Shown here: one piece after another, positions 39,801-54,800 of the stretch
Layout: every line of letters starts with the position of its first letter
Numbering within the stretch: the first letter of the stretch is position 1
DNA from: Antedon mediterranea
Taxonomy: Eukaryota; Animalia; Echinodermata
Direction: 5' to 3'
DNA: 64,000 bases
Assembly: GCF_964355755.1 (NCBI RefSeq)
Contig: NC_092680.1
Span: 5,394,001 to 5,458,000 of the forward strand
Position numbers and translations under genes: made by a program
Notes under the pieces: generated by a model
The model's input: the letters and a program-made list of their open reading frames with translations, nothing else
Told to the model about the DNA's origin: nothing
The model's database searches: none

Positions 39801-42800
39801 TTACAAACGTGATTTCGTTAAATCGTGCGTAGACCGCGTAATTTTTTATTGCGCACCGTGAAAACATAACCACATCGATTCCTGGCCATAAGGAATATAC
39901 TGTGATTAGCTAGCTTAAACTGATATCAAGATAAGGTCAGAAAGCGATAAAACGCATAGTGATACCAGACCGACCGACCGACATAGTGAACTATTGAGTC
40001 GCTTCCACGCGACTAAAAACTAAATTCCAAGGATTGTTGAAATGAACTTAACACGGTTAGACTTTCCTAATTAATTAATTAATCAAAGAAACAAACATCC
40101 GAATGATTGAAACAAATGTTGAATACAAATTAATTGTTGATTACAATTAATATTTATTTTAAAAAGGACAGATATTTATTAAAGAATAATATATTCAGTC
40201 TATATTATTATAGTTTATTATTTAATAACCATAAACAGTAAACACAATATATTATAAACAATATAAATAGATACTGTTTAAATAACTTTTAACCTTCACT
40301 TACTTGCCCATTTCAATCTAAAAAACAGTTATTGTTATATAGGATTTTAATAATGTGTTTTTAATATTTTGTTGTTATGAAAGGTTCAACAACAGAACAA
40401 AGCTTAACTATTGGTATGTGCCAATTATAACATTATGGGTATATCTCTGCACCCCACACAAAAAAAACAAACTTTTGTTTATATGTATGTAAGGTGTATT
40501 TAGCATGACGTTTGCACATTCTATTTAACCAGTTTACAGTATCTGGGATTGGAACAATTTGTACAACACTAGATATACAAGCTTTCCCACATTTGTTGGC
40601 TTGATATTCTCTGGAAAATTCTCTGATTAAACATTACATAAATTTACATATTTTGAAATAGAAATATTAATCACAAGTTTCTTTGAAATATGATGTTTAA
40701 AACAAATATTAAATTAAAATGTCTACATCTGTTTATTCTATTGTTATGCGTGGTATTTATACACTGCATATAATAATACGGTATCCAAGGTTATATATAA
40801 ATTAATACCCATGCATGTGTAATACAAGGTGCTATTACTGTTTCGTTATATATTATTAGTGTTCTGTATTACCGTACAATTTAGCCTGGTACTTTATTAG
40901 CATCATTTATATACCAGCAGGAATGCATAAATATAATTATTAGTTTATCGTCATATTCTGAATTATGAAAGAGGTGTAGAGGAGAGCATTATTATTTTAT
41001 TTAAATCATAAGTCAATATGACTAATACTTCTATGCTGCTTTTAAGCAAACTATACATTGAAATTTAAATGGTTATCATAGCTAAAAACGACTTTATTCA
41101 CTGGCAAAGTGTCACGTATACATAATATAATTGTAATTAGCAAAATGAGCAAACCAAATTTTAGCTGGAAATTTATTAATCAGATATAACAAGTTAAATT
41201 TACAGAATAGGCGGATCAACACTTAGTAGTACTGTACCTTTGCTAGATTTTTTTCTCACAAAATTGGCAATCTGCAAATGTTAATTATAGCATGGCCCAT
41301 GCTCCAGGAGCTATAACATTAATGTTATATTACAGAACCATTATTAAAAATCTACTGAACAATATACTAAACAACAACAACACTTGCTAGAGTGAATTCT
41401 AAGTACTGATTATAATGTTTTGCTTCATCAACTACAATTATAACTTATAACAATTTCGAGAAAAAAAAATCATGTTCTTGTGCTGTAGCCAATAAATTAT
41501 TGATTTAGTTATTTGCATCCTTTGGTATTATTTGTACAATCATGGTGTGCAAACGCATGTCCCTGTGCTATATACTGTATTTGTTTCAAATACATTATCG
41601 TATTGTAATTTTTTGGAATTATATTATTTGAATTATGGTTCATCATGGAAATATTGATGACTATTCGCACGACATTGTCTATATAGATTTCTTAAAAGAT
41701 ATATTAATAACGTATATAATAGTAATTTTGTTTGAACGATTAGATTAGATTTTTTTTGATTTTACATTTTTGTAGTTTTTTCTGGTTTGTGGTTTTTTTT
41801 AAAATTTATTTTGTTACAGTTCTTTGGTGATTTTGTTTCTGTATTTATTTTTTTATGCACTTTGAGAATTAAAAATTAGTTAGTTGTAGTTGTTACTAAA
41901 AAGCCTGGTGGAAAATGTTGTTTTAGCCCATGTCAAATTAAGCCATGGATTTTCTTAACCTATTAATTATAATAGAGTTTTGTTCAGTTATTGCAATACT
42001 ATTTGTAATCACCAAAGCATAACGATGTACTGTGCTATATCTTTTAACTGTATTGTTTCTGATTGAACGCAATCTCATAAAATTTGTTTTCCTTTCCTAT
42101 TATCAATATCTAAAAGAATAATATTATGATAATTTTATCTGCATTAAAACGCTCAGTTGAAGATATCGACGATGGACCTGTAACTTGTGCCTCTTCCCCC
42201 TGTTTAAATAATGGAACGTGTCTGAATGTGACCGACAGTGCTACATATGATCCTGGCCGTCTGTATGTTTGTGTGTGTGAACCACAACATATGGGAGAGC
42301 ATTGTGAAAACTCGACAGGTACATATATACTATGAATTATATTATTACCATATTTGTTTATGATATTGATTTTTCAGTGATTCTTTTAAACTCACGATGA
42401 TCAAATTGCATTTTATCGAATGAATTATGGCCTGTATATTAAAGCAGTTTTCATCCGGTTTTTAAATTGTAAAAATTGTTAAATAAAATTATCATTCAAA
42501 TTTTGTTAAATTCTTTTACTTAAAGATGTATTGTCCCCCTGAAAAAATAATTCTTAAACTAAATTTTGTTGAATATTCCATTTTAATGTAACGTAATAGT
42601 TATCCACTTTTTTTGGTCTAAATTGGGTCTAGAAAAAGTGCATTTACCTGAAAAAATGTAGTTTAAAGCAAAAAATGGTCAAATTGGCTGCCAGCCAATG
42701 GATTTTTGGTTGAATTTAACCATTTATTTTGTCATTTTACAAGTGAAAACATTATTTTTTTTTTTCGTTTTTTTTTCTACGGAAGTGATTAACTTTATAT

Positions 42801-45800
42801 TAACTACAACATAAGGTATTCAAAGTCTGATTTAATTAATTTGATTGGACGATTGTGGGTCACATGGCGTGCAATAGTACGCACTATTAATTGATAAATA
42901 TTAATACATATCATCACCATTTATAGAACGAGTGAATGTTCGTGACTAATTCTGTTAATGTTATGCTGATATGATGGTCACAATAATAAATATTGAACAA
43001 AATACAATGTTATGGAGAGGATAATAGAACTACGTTGGCAGCAACGAGGATGATGAAAATAAGATGTTGATGGTGGTGAAAAAAATTAAGAACGTAATCA
43101 TTGATGGTAATGGTGTTCTTTAAAAGATTGTACAGTATGTGGAAGATGATGCTGGTGATAGGAATAGTATATAAGTACAATGGAATATTCTAGAATAGGA
43201 TTATATATCAAAAAACATTGTGAAAAATGATAAAGTACAGGATATGACATAAATTATGCTGATATCTCAAGAAATTATACTCTGATAAATAGCAGTAATA
43301 AAAGTTGATGATATGTAGCTTAATTTCTTACTGTAGTTCATAAGCGTTAATCAATAAAATAAACATATATTTCGCTGATTCTTGTTTGATAAATGGAACA
43401 TGCAAATTAAAAAAACTGAAGCTGACAGTTTGGTTTTCAGGTCGATATTAAAATGGTGAAGATGATAAATAATACAATTTGTTTTTAACATCTAGGAGGG
43501 GAAAAGGATTATGTGAACTGCGCATCTAACCCTTGTTACAATAATGGAACGTGCTACAGTGTACACTCTGAGGCGGATAGAGACCTGCTGTCAGGTCGTT
43601 ATTTTCTTTGCGTGTGTGAACGAGAGTTTAGTGGTATACAATGTGAGATTGCACCAGGTAGATTTACATTATATCATTGAGTCAACTTACACATTTTAAT
43701 TTTGTTTCATTTTTTTTTTGGTAATTCGGTTGAAATTTATATTTGCGTTTGGTAGTCTCAGATCTTATACCATTGATGCTTTGGCAATTTTTTAAATATT
43801 TCTTTCATTTTTCGGGGTTTTTTTTTCGTTTTGAAAAGTCTATTACCACTATAGTATGCACACCATCATTATATCTATATTGTGTAAGAGTGAGTCTACA
43901 GTATTTTGTATATTTGGTTGCTTGTACATTTCTAGACTTGATAGATTGTACAGTATTTTGCTTTTTGGCTTTTATTATTCAGATTCATCATTGATTATAT
44001 TATTATACATAATTTAAATAGTTACTGTATGAATGATGAACTGTAAATGACTTGAGCAAGATGTGTAGAATGGAAACATTATTGGAACTGTTTTTGTATA
44101 TTTCTGCTTGCTTTAAATTTTTTTTATTGATTTACTTGACTTTTATTGTAATAGGGAACAAAAATATGAACCTCTATTCTTTCTTTTTTTTTTGTGCATC
44201 CTTTCACAATTCCTTCATAACTTCCACTTTTTATTTTAACCTTTTTTTTCGCTGGTTGGTGACTTGATATTTTTTTACATTGGTAATGTACTCCACATAT
44301 AATTTTAATGATTATGTTTGTATCCCAGAACGGGAAAATGAAGAAGGCATAAATTGTACATCGAATCCTTGTGAAAACAATGGTAAATGCCATGATTTAG
44401 TAACCGAAGAAGAGAAAAATCTCTACCCTGGTCGCTCATATATTTGTGAATGTGAAGCCGGTTTTATTGGAAAAAATTGTGAAAACAAAACAGGTATCGA
44501 AATTATGATAGTGTTTTTTCTCCCTTATTTTTTAGTTTTGGGTGTTTTTTTATCTACCGGTATATGTTATTCATATTCCTTTCAGTTTGTTGTGTCTCGA
44601 AATGTGGTCCATGTTCTTACATTCATTTACAAACTCTCATGTATATTTAAGGGTATTCTTTGAGATAAAAAACATATGTGCTGAAAGAAAAATATCTAAG
44701 TAAGTATGTAAAGTACTGTGTAAGACATTCCAGAAAAATGCAAAAAAGGAAGATTTTTTTTTTCAGTTTATTCCGTTTAATTAAGTACTGTGAAAATATT
44801 GAAAAACCTTTTATTTTATTGTACATTCAGATGTACACAATTTTAATTTGTTTCGTAGAATCACATGTTTACTAATTAATGTTTTATTTATTAAGCTTTA
44901 TTTTCTAACTTTACGAGTGGCACATTTCTTACAGATGTTTCTAGCTGCGAAGAGCAACCATGTAGAAATGGTGGGCATTGTGGGCACACCCCAGATGGTT
45001 ATGTCTGCTATTGTACCGGTGGTTATTCTGGCTCACATTGTGAGGTTGAGCCAGGTAAATTGTTTAGGAGTATATGAGGCATTTCTACTATTAAGATAAT
45101 GCAGTGTAACCTCTCATTCGGGACACCCTTCCTTTGGGACACCCTCCTTTGCGACACCCTCCTTTGGGACACTCTCTTATGGGACACTCTACTTGGGAGA
45201 CACTCTACTTGGGACACTCTACTTGGGACACTCTCCTTGGGACACTCTCTTTGGGAAACCCCTATTAAGAACACACTCCTATATTATTAGGAAGACCGCC
45301 CTGAAGGTGTCTCCTTAGATAACATTGTAAAAGCATTGTCATGTAACTAAAAGAAAACATTAGGATTGAACATATGATTCTCATTTATGTTTAAAAAAAT
45401 TTATCAAAAGTACCAATTTATCAATTCCCTTCTATATAATAATTTAATTCAATAGTACTACAGCACATATCTTGTTAGCTTAAATTAACTTAGTTTACAA
45501 TTATATTTACATATACAACAGATCCTATCCAGGATCCCTGCTTGTCTGACCCCTGTCAAAATGGTGGTCATTGTGATAGCCAGTACTACTATTTCCGATG
45601 CGTTTGTCCAATTGGGTATGAAGGCGACTTTTGTCAGACACCAGGTATTGTACAGAATGGTGCATGACATCAAATGGAATGAATTTGTCCGTTTGCACGT
45701 TTTTAGTCTACACTTTAATGTATAAGTTGATATTACTTATAATTCCAAGGGACCTAATTGTTTAAAGAGGGGTGCATGACATAAAATGGAATGGATTAGA

Positions 45801-48800
45801 TTTGAAACCACCCCTTAGCACTTTCGCTACACTTGCAGATTGTATACTATAAGGAATATTACAGTACTGTATTGTTTCTAATTCTAATGAACCAGATATT
45901 TACAAAAGGATGCATGGCACAAAATGGAATGATTGGATTTATTTTTAAATTTTTGATCCCTCTGCACTTTTATATCTTACATTTGCAGAGTTATGTTAGT
46001 ACTGTATTTTTGTACTATTTTTTTGTGAACCAGTTATTTTACAGAGGGGTGTAGCCTATTCACCAAATGGAATGGATTCAAACGATTCGATCCTCTGCAC
46101 TTTTGTTTCCCTACACTTGTATCCTACTACATTGGCATATTACAGTAGGCCTACTGTATTGTTTTTAATTCTATGAACCAGATATATAGCATGGCATCAA
46201 ATGGAATGGATAGAATGATTTTAAAATCCCTGTACACTTGTTTGTAAACATGTACGTTGTAGGCCTTGTAATTCCAGTGACATGACAGATATCACTTTAG
46301 TACAGAGGACATCAGTATGGTTTGTGGAGCCTTAGGCCTACATTTGCGTTTCATTTGGAATTTATCAAGGTGGACAAGATGGTCCACTCTCCATCAAAAG
46401 TGCCTATGAAAGGTGGATGCATGGCCCACAATTGAATGAATGATGCACCCAATCATTTGCACTAATTTATATTAAAGTTCAGTTTAGTGATATATATAAG
46501 ATAATTTAGTTCATGAAAATAACTGTTCTTCTTCTAAACCATACTCCACCCATTCTAGCCTATACATATTTGTTGCTAACAATGTGTTCTCTAAATTCCA
46601 TTTAACAATGTCGATGACTCAAGTGATAATAATACTACGGTATACATTGGCAAAGCTATACTGTATCGCTTCCTTTCATTATACTTACACAAACAAAGTT
46701 CAGTTTACACAAATACTTTTTGAAGGTTGCACCTACACAGAGTTTTACAATAAGCATTAAACCACAGTACATTCCTGTATAGCATTGTTATATATTTACA
46801 AAAATAAGAATCTTCATTTAATTATTATTACACATTTTATTGGCATGTCATTATTGTGTATTGGTTAACTAGTACAATACTAGTCCATGGCACACCCAAC
46901 AGTACGCACATGCAATTGCTTAACTAGTACAATTTACATTCAGATTTAGTACCCTCTGTCATACTAGTCCATGGCACACTCAACAGTACGCACATGCAAT
47001 TGCTTAACTAGTACAATTTACATTCAGATTTAGTACCCTCTGTCAAACTAGTCCATGGCACACCCACCAGTACGCACATGCAATGGCTTAACTAGTACAA
47101 TTTACATTCAGATTTAGTACCCTCTGTCATACTAGTCCATGGCACACCCAACAGTACGCACATGCAATTTACGTTATTTGCTATGTCTGTCTGTTTGCTA
47201 CTGAATTGAACTGTTGATAATGAAGATTGCATTCGTAGAATAAACATAAATATAATCGTAAAGACAGGTTGTTTTCCATTGTGGACATGATGATGTCATA
47301 TCACTAACATACTTGTTTGTCTAATACTAGTAAAAGTAAAAGGTAAAGGTAATTATCTTAGTCCTCAAGCTTAACTGGAAACTGAGGAGATTCGGATTAG
47401 GCCCTCTACGGACCCACGGCAGCCAGCAGTGCAGCGCCTACCAGATCAGCAAACCGGGAGACGATCCCCTACTCTTTTCGATATCATAGATGTATAATGA
47501 AATTTTAATCAAAAACAATCTAAACCATTAAATTCTGATTTATGGCTTGGTTTATTTAGAAATCTCTTACTTGTAACCATAGAGACAATGTATAATCAAG
47601 GAGGTTTATCGTGCACGTTTCTAAATAAATATTATAGATCTCAGGCAATCCATGGAAGACACTTGCAAAGAAAATCAATATTACATTTCCTGTTGTAAAT
47701 AGACTTGTTGCTTTCTTAGCACGCTGCGTTTGTACATTAAATTAATGTACATCATAAAAAAAATATAATCTTGATATTGTATTTACTTTAACCTTTGACC
47801 TTCCTTATATTTTATGTATTACCGTCTGCACTCTATTAATGTATATAATTACAAGAAAAAAAATCACTGTATTTTATTTTTAGATTTTTTGTAATATATA
47901 AATTGAATTGCTATTTTTAGTGTTATATAGTTTTTATTATTTACTGCATTTGCATAACAATCTGCTACTTGGTATTACTATATATGTACTGTTAAGTTGC
48001 TCTAAAAACACGAATTTTATTTCTGCATGGCTGACTGTCTGGTTTCACTTTATTTGTATATACCAGATTTATTATAAATGTCTTTATCGACGTTGTTATG
48101 TGTATACAAGTAGAAGTTTTGAACAACATAATAACTGGTTTTATTTTTCCTATCTTTTTCTTTTCTGTCATAAATTCTTTTACAGTATGTGTAAAAAGAT
48201 TGTCTCAGTTTCACAATACAAATAATGTTTACTTTAAGTAAGATTTGGGTTTTTTTGAAATAATTTTTCTTCTTGGACTCAAAACCTATGCTGTTCTCCC
48301 TCAAATTAGAACTTCTTTGATAACGAATATTAATATTTATCAATTTTGGTCTCTTTTGGTTAAATAGCGGCACCTGAGCTTGATGGTAGCCTGTCACATT
48401 ATCTCGATTTTTATTTTGCAACTATGAGCATGTACTTTTTGTTTGGTCAAAACAGAATCAGTTTAAAAGTAATAAACCATGACAAAACGGTCATCGAGTA
48501 TGGCTGACATCACATCGCCCAAATCGACACTAATTAACTTTCATGCGATCTGAAATTAGAGAGTTTAAAGACCATTAATTGGAGGCGAGAACAGTGTTTC
48601 ACCAACTCTTTTTATATGGAATGTACATCAAGTTTGCTTTATTGTTCATACTTTGGTGTGTTACTATTTTTTTGATTAATAAAATTCGATTTCATCAAGA
48701 TCATTGACACAAATATGCAACTAACTAACAAATATGTACCAGAAAAGGTGAATTTATAATATAATGGAAAAATAATTGCTTCCTCCATTTTAGCGGTAAG

Positions 48801-51800
48801 TCCATGTGAATCAAATCCATGTATAAACCAAGGTGTTTGTAGTTCAACGTCTACAGGATATCAGTGTTACTGCAGATCAGGGTTTACGGGCACACACTGT
48901 GAAGGTACCAATACTGCGTTCCAGTATTTTTTCTAATATCCCTTTCACACTGAGAACATCTTGTTTAGTGTAGTTCTCACTGGTGTGAATGGAACTACAC
49001 TAAAGCATCATGCACTGTCACTGCGTTGTGGTAAAATCCTAACTTAATTTTGAATATAAATTTTAAATCTTATTATCACATCAAATGCAACAATAAATTT
49101 GTTTTCAAAACTTTTTATCAGCAAATATTATAGATGATTGGCTATATATTCTAAATTGTACTGTACAAAATTCAGTGTAACACTGAATTTTGCTTAAAAA
49201 CAAGTTTTTATCTCTGAATATTCAACTTTAAAAAAATTGGAATCATAAATACACTGGAACTCAATGACTTGTGAAAAACTTGTGTGAAAGGTTATCAGTG
49301 AAAATTGATGTTGTTTAGTAACATTGTTATGTTGGATTGTGTTGTAATGGTGATTTTTTTTTTGTATATATGGTTCAGCTTTTTGTAAATTATGACCATT
49401 ACAGTTATTATGTTTTATTTTAACAGTTTCAGTTTTTTTCTTTTAGTAATTGTTATTGCATGTATTCATTTTTATGTTTCATATATTTTTTGTGTTTCCC
49501 AATCATAAAAGAAATGATTGTGACATTTGTTTGTTTGTGACCAATATGCCTAGCTTACCTGGATAAACCAACAATATTAACCTGTTCTGAAAAATGAGAA
49601 ATTCAATGGCAGTGTCATCATTTATAGATACTACTGTTGGTTTATCTAGGCCTCGGTAAAGTTGGTTTTATGTGCTAACTGAGGGTAGAAACCCATGTTA
49701 TCCACTGTTGTTTTGTAATAGATTGCATGAAAATAGTAATAGTTTTGAACAGACAATCCATAACATTATACTGGAATCCAAGATTGACAAGTAAAATGTC
49801 TTGGTTGTTTGTTACTAATCATTTAAAAGTTGTTTTTTTTTAAATAACATTAGCTACACTATTATATTGTCTGCATACTTTATAGTGTACTTAGGCTATT
49901 TTCTATTTTTCTTTTTGAATGTGGAATCATTATCAGTACTAATTATTTTCATATTTTCTACTTTGCTACATGTATTAATTATTAATGTGTGAAATTAGCA
50001 GAATGTTCATAACATTTTTTGTCATTATATAACACATGACATCTAATTATTTATTGCCATGTAATTCCACTAATACAAAAAATTGAAAATGTAAAGAATC
50101 TTGCCAGAAGAAACAGATTGGTTTCAAACTCATGCTTAAATTTATAAATTCTCTCAATATGAGGGGTCTTGTTTGATAAGGTTGTAGTAATTGGTTTTTT
50201 TTTTTCAGAAACTGTGCTGCCGGAAAATCCATGCAACTCCAACCCTTGTATAAATGGAGGAACCTGCCTTAGCACAACTAATCATGATTTCTACACTTGT
50301 TCATGTCCGCCTAACTACGGTTTGCCAAACTGTGTTGCAATAGGTAAGGAGTGTATAATTGATTCACAATAGATTGGCTATTACTTCAGCCGATTCTCGG
50401 TACTGTATCTACTTTCGAAGTATCATAGGAATATTTGGTAATACAACATCACATGTGTTTCACATATATCTAATATTAACCTAATTCCTAACGTAACATT
50501 ACATCATACAGGCACCACATGTGATGCTGTATTACCAAATATTCCTTGATGATTCCTCGGAAATAGATAGTATGTGGAGATACAGCACTGGTATTGGGGT
50601 GATTACTTGAAACAATAATAATAAAATGCGGTGGTTTTGTAACAGTGCGGTGGTTTTTAATTGAGATATAGCATTTTGTCACAGTCACAGAATCAGTTGA
50701 AATCAATTTGAAATGCACTACTGTAATTTTATTCTTAAAGATGTATTGTCCCCCGGAAAAATAATTTTATTTGTTGTTGTTGTTGAATATGCCATTTTAA
50801 TGTCACATAGGCCTAATAGTTATCCACTTTGACCAAAAATTGGATCTAAACACATTTTATTTACCTGAAAAACTGTAATTTAAAGCAAAAAATGGTCAAA
50901 TTGGCTGCTGCCAGCCAATGGATTTTTGGTTGAATTTAACTATTTATTATGTTATTTTATTTTGGTTTTTTTATACGGAAGTAATTAACTTTATTAAAAC
51001 TACTAACTAACCTATTCAAAGTCTGATTTCAATTTCATGTTTTTGGGGAACAATACATCTTTAATGAATACGAATGTTCTTCATTTAATAGATAACTGTT
51101 CTCCTTCTCCATGTAATAATGGAGGTATCTGCACTAGCACTGCAAGTGGTTATGAATGTGCTTGCATGCAACCTTATATAGGAACTACTTGTTCAGTTTA
51201 TGGTAAGTGCACAGCCTCCACTAATTACGTACCTCTAAGGCTCTCCTTATATATTCACTACTACTGTAACAGCTGAAATAGTTTCAACGTACGTTCTAGC
51301 AGTGAAAAAATCCGATTTTTGATTTCGTAGATATCATAAAACTCGGTTAGTTCTAAGGCCGTGTTTCCGCAGCCAAAACAAAATTATCGGTTAATTGTTG
51401 GCTGCCAAAACACGGCCTTAAATACCTGATATTAAATGATTAAATATTAATTTGATTTTTTATTAGATGTCTGCCTTATGGTGATGCCTTGTAAGAACGG
51501 AGGGACATGCCAGATCATTGGCGAAGTATATCTTTGTACATGCGCCACTGGTTTTTCTGGATCGACATGTGAAACTATAATTTCAGGTATTTGTAAAAAT
51601 AATACAATTTATTTTATTTTCTTTTTCTGGTATCTATATTCTAACATATACTTACATGGAGTTACTCACTAGTTACTTAGTGTTACTGGAGCTTGTAAGC
51701 CTAGTTACATAGAATTGCTAAAATATGAAATGGAGTTATTCAATCAAGGAAGTACGATGTAGTTACATGTGTACTCAAACACAGAATTATACTAATGTAT

Positions 51801-54800
51801 TAATTATTATTACAGATCCGTGTCAAAACTATTGCTCTAATGCAGGAACATGTACTGTTGATGCCACAAGTGGACTAGCATCATGCCAGTGTTTATCTGG
51901 TTTTAGTGGTGACCGGTGTACTACGTTTGGTATGTGATAATCAATATTTTAGGTTGTTGTGGTTTTATTTAAAGTTCTTTTTTTTCAATTTACAAGATGT
52001 TGAATTATGATTTTGTTAAATACACTCACTAAAGTATGATTGTTACAACATCTGTTAATGTTTTTGGTAATTATTTTTATAGAGGCATGTTCCAGTTCAC
52101 CATGTCAAAACGGAGGTGTATGTAAAATATCTGGCCAAACCTATGAATGTGATTGTCATCCATCTTTTTCTGGCAATCAATGTCAAGATTATACACCAGG
52201 TACCAATCATTTTCTTTTGCGTAATACTTTGTTCCCACTAAGAAGTTACACAATATATAAGCGCTGCAAGTAATTTGACCAATCACAAGTGATGGATTAT
52301 TTTAACTTTGCTTGTCATTGGTCACCTCATTTATTGTGTCCTACACTGGTTTACTGAAGTACAAAATAGATATAATTTATACAACTAGATGGTACGCTCG
52401 CTTCGCTCGCGTACCATCTAGGTCGTTCCCACAGATGGTTCTCGAATACACAGTAATTTCAGCGTAACAAAACTGGCGATTTCAAATGTACGTACCGCAG
52501 GACTATAGGCCTATACATTGTCGTTTACAGAAACAAATAAATAGACACGATGATTTATGTAGTCAACTAAAATTAGCACCCTGAGAATTACTTCCGAAGG
52601 AGAAACTTATCACAAAATGAGTCCAAGTTTTTGATTTGGACTCATTTAAAGAAACCCAATTTGTGTTTTGTATGTAACATTAGGGTTGAGGGATGGGAAA
52701 GCGGATAGGTACAAAGAGGAACAATTTTTAAATATATTCTTTATCCACTCAGTAACGAAATATTTTTTTCATGTTTTATAGGCCTATAAATAATATACCT
52801 CTAAATACAGTAAAACATTTGCGATTTAATACTTTTTTTATTTTATTTATTTATTTATTTATTTTAAATATTCATTGTACACTAATTTTCCCCGTGTATG
52901 GCAAGAGATTCCTAATTATATTAGAGAACATTCTTTATTTAGTTTAGTTAAAACTGTCACTGTCATAATCGATTGAAATATTAAAGTACCATGTCACGAT
53001 ACACCACTACGACGTTTATATTTGGTAATTATTAATTAATACAAACGTTGAGAAAGAACTGTCAGTATAAAGTTTATTTGTATATAATAATGTGTTTATA
53101 TATCTAACAGTAGAGCCTATCCACAATCTCGCAAGTTTATTCTCAAAGGGCCCATATATTTACCTACCGTATGTGTTAAACCAAGGGCTCATAAATTTAC
53201 CTACAGTACTTGTGTTAAACCAAACTCTGGCAGACTGAGAGATTGGGATGTTCCATTCATCGCAAATCAATAGATTTGTATAATCGTATATTAAATCTAT
53301 CAAAATAGTATTTTTTAAAGAAAATCGGCCTGTCTTCAACATTATGATGGTGTACTCTAGCTGTTCAACCGGTTTTCAGCTATTAAAAACAATTATCGTA
53401 GGAGGAGATAGGAAAATGCGAAGCCTCCTCGCATTTTTGTGGCGGGTATTTTTCAAGACGGACATCCATTATACAGTGTATACCACGGTCGGAAAACACC
53501 CCTATTTGGGGCAAATCTTGGAACCTAAATTCGTTTTAACCGTCAATAACTTATTATCTAACTTAATTTAATTAGTAAACAGGGTTACATCAGGTGGTTA
53601 AAATCAGTACCGAAAGTACGAACCAACTTTATATACCATCGAGTAAAAATTATAGAAGTAAGGCGCGATTTACCGAATTTTGCCCTTACGTAAATTTATA
53701 TATAGATTTTCTTTTCTATCCTATTTTTCCCTGCTTTTTTATATCTTTCTATAAGCTACGTACATTTTGTGTTATCTGTGTGCTTTTAAGCAACTATCAC
53801 TGTTGTTTTTAAACATTTCAGACCCATGTTCAACCCATGGATGCACTAATGGTGGTACTTGTGTAGAAAATGGCAATAGCTATACATGTCAATGCCCTCC
53901 AGGGTATGATGGATTTTATTGCCAAACACGTAAGTTTAGTTTATGTTCTTTATATAAATAATTAGATTTATTTTTGTTTATTATGAGGAAAGCATTGTAA
54001 GTGAATTATGAAGCTAAACATAAAGTTACAGATTAATATTATTTATAATGGTAGAATGCAGAAATTATTATTATTTATTGGAATGTGTTAGTAAAGATGG
54101 CCATAGCAAAGTATTGCATGTCATAAACACGATAGAAGCTTTACATCCAATTTTCTTGCAAGTGGAATAAATTTATCCCAAATACTAAATCAGGAAGTGT
54201 TTTTTAAAAACTCGTAGTTGAACATCTTCATTACTAAGCTAAATACAAGATTTTAAAATAGGAGTATATTTCTCCAATGAATAAATTGTACATGTATTGA
54301 TTTTGTTATGAATAAATGTAATTATTATTTTAGATCCATGCTCGTTGCATTCCTGTATGAATGGTGCAACATGTGTACCAAATGGAAATACTTATATTTG
54401 TCAATGTCCTGCAATGTACACTGGAACAAATTGTGAAACATTACAAAGTAGGTTTTTATCGTTTTAAGAAACAATTTTTCCTTTACGAACAAAGGATTCA
54501 ATGTCAATTGTTGGAACAGATTCATTGTCATATATTTAAAATTGCTTCTAGGGAGGTTCGTAAGGTTTCCTACTAAAGACCAGACACTGAATACTAGAAA
54601 ATAGGCAAATTTAATCTTCTAGGCTGTCTAAAATAATTTCTTCAGTAGTCTTCTAGTATATGTGCTTGCATGCCTCCATTACTTAAAAACCCTTATTCTT
54701 CCTATGCTATGGGCTTAGTACCATAGTGTATGTTCAAAATGCTTACGTATTATTCTATTCATTTCTAGCTCCGTGTGATAACAACCCATGCTTAAATGAA

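Noticed and set aside
45023-45290. ORFs with RVSQ / WDTLL repeats
   Set aside because: Translations of the 15-bp tandem repeat in an intron.
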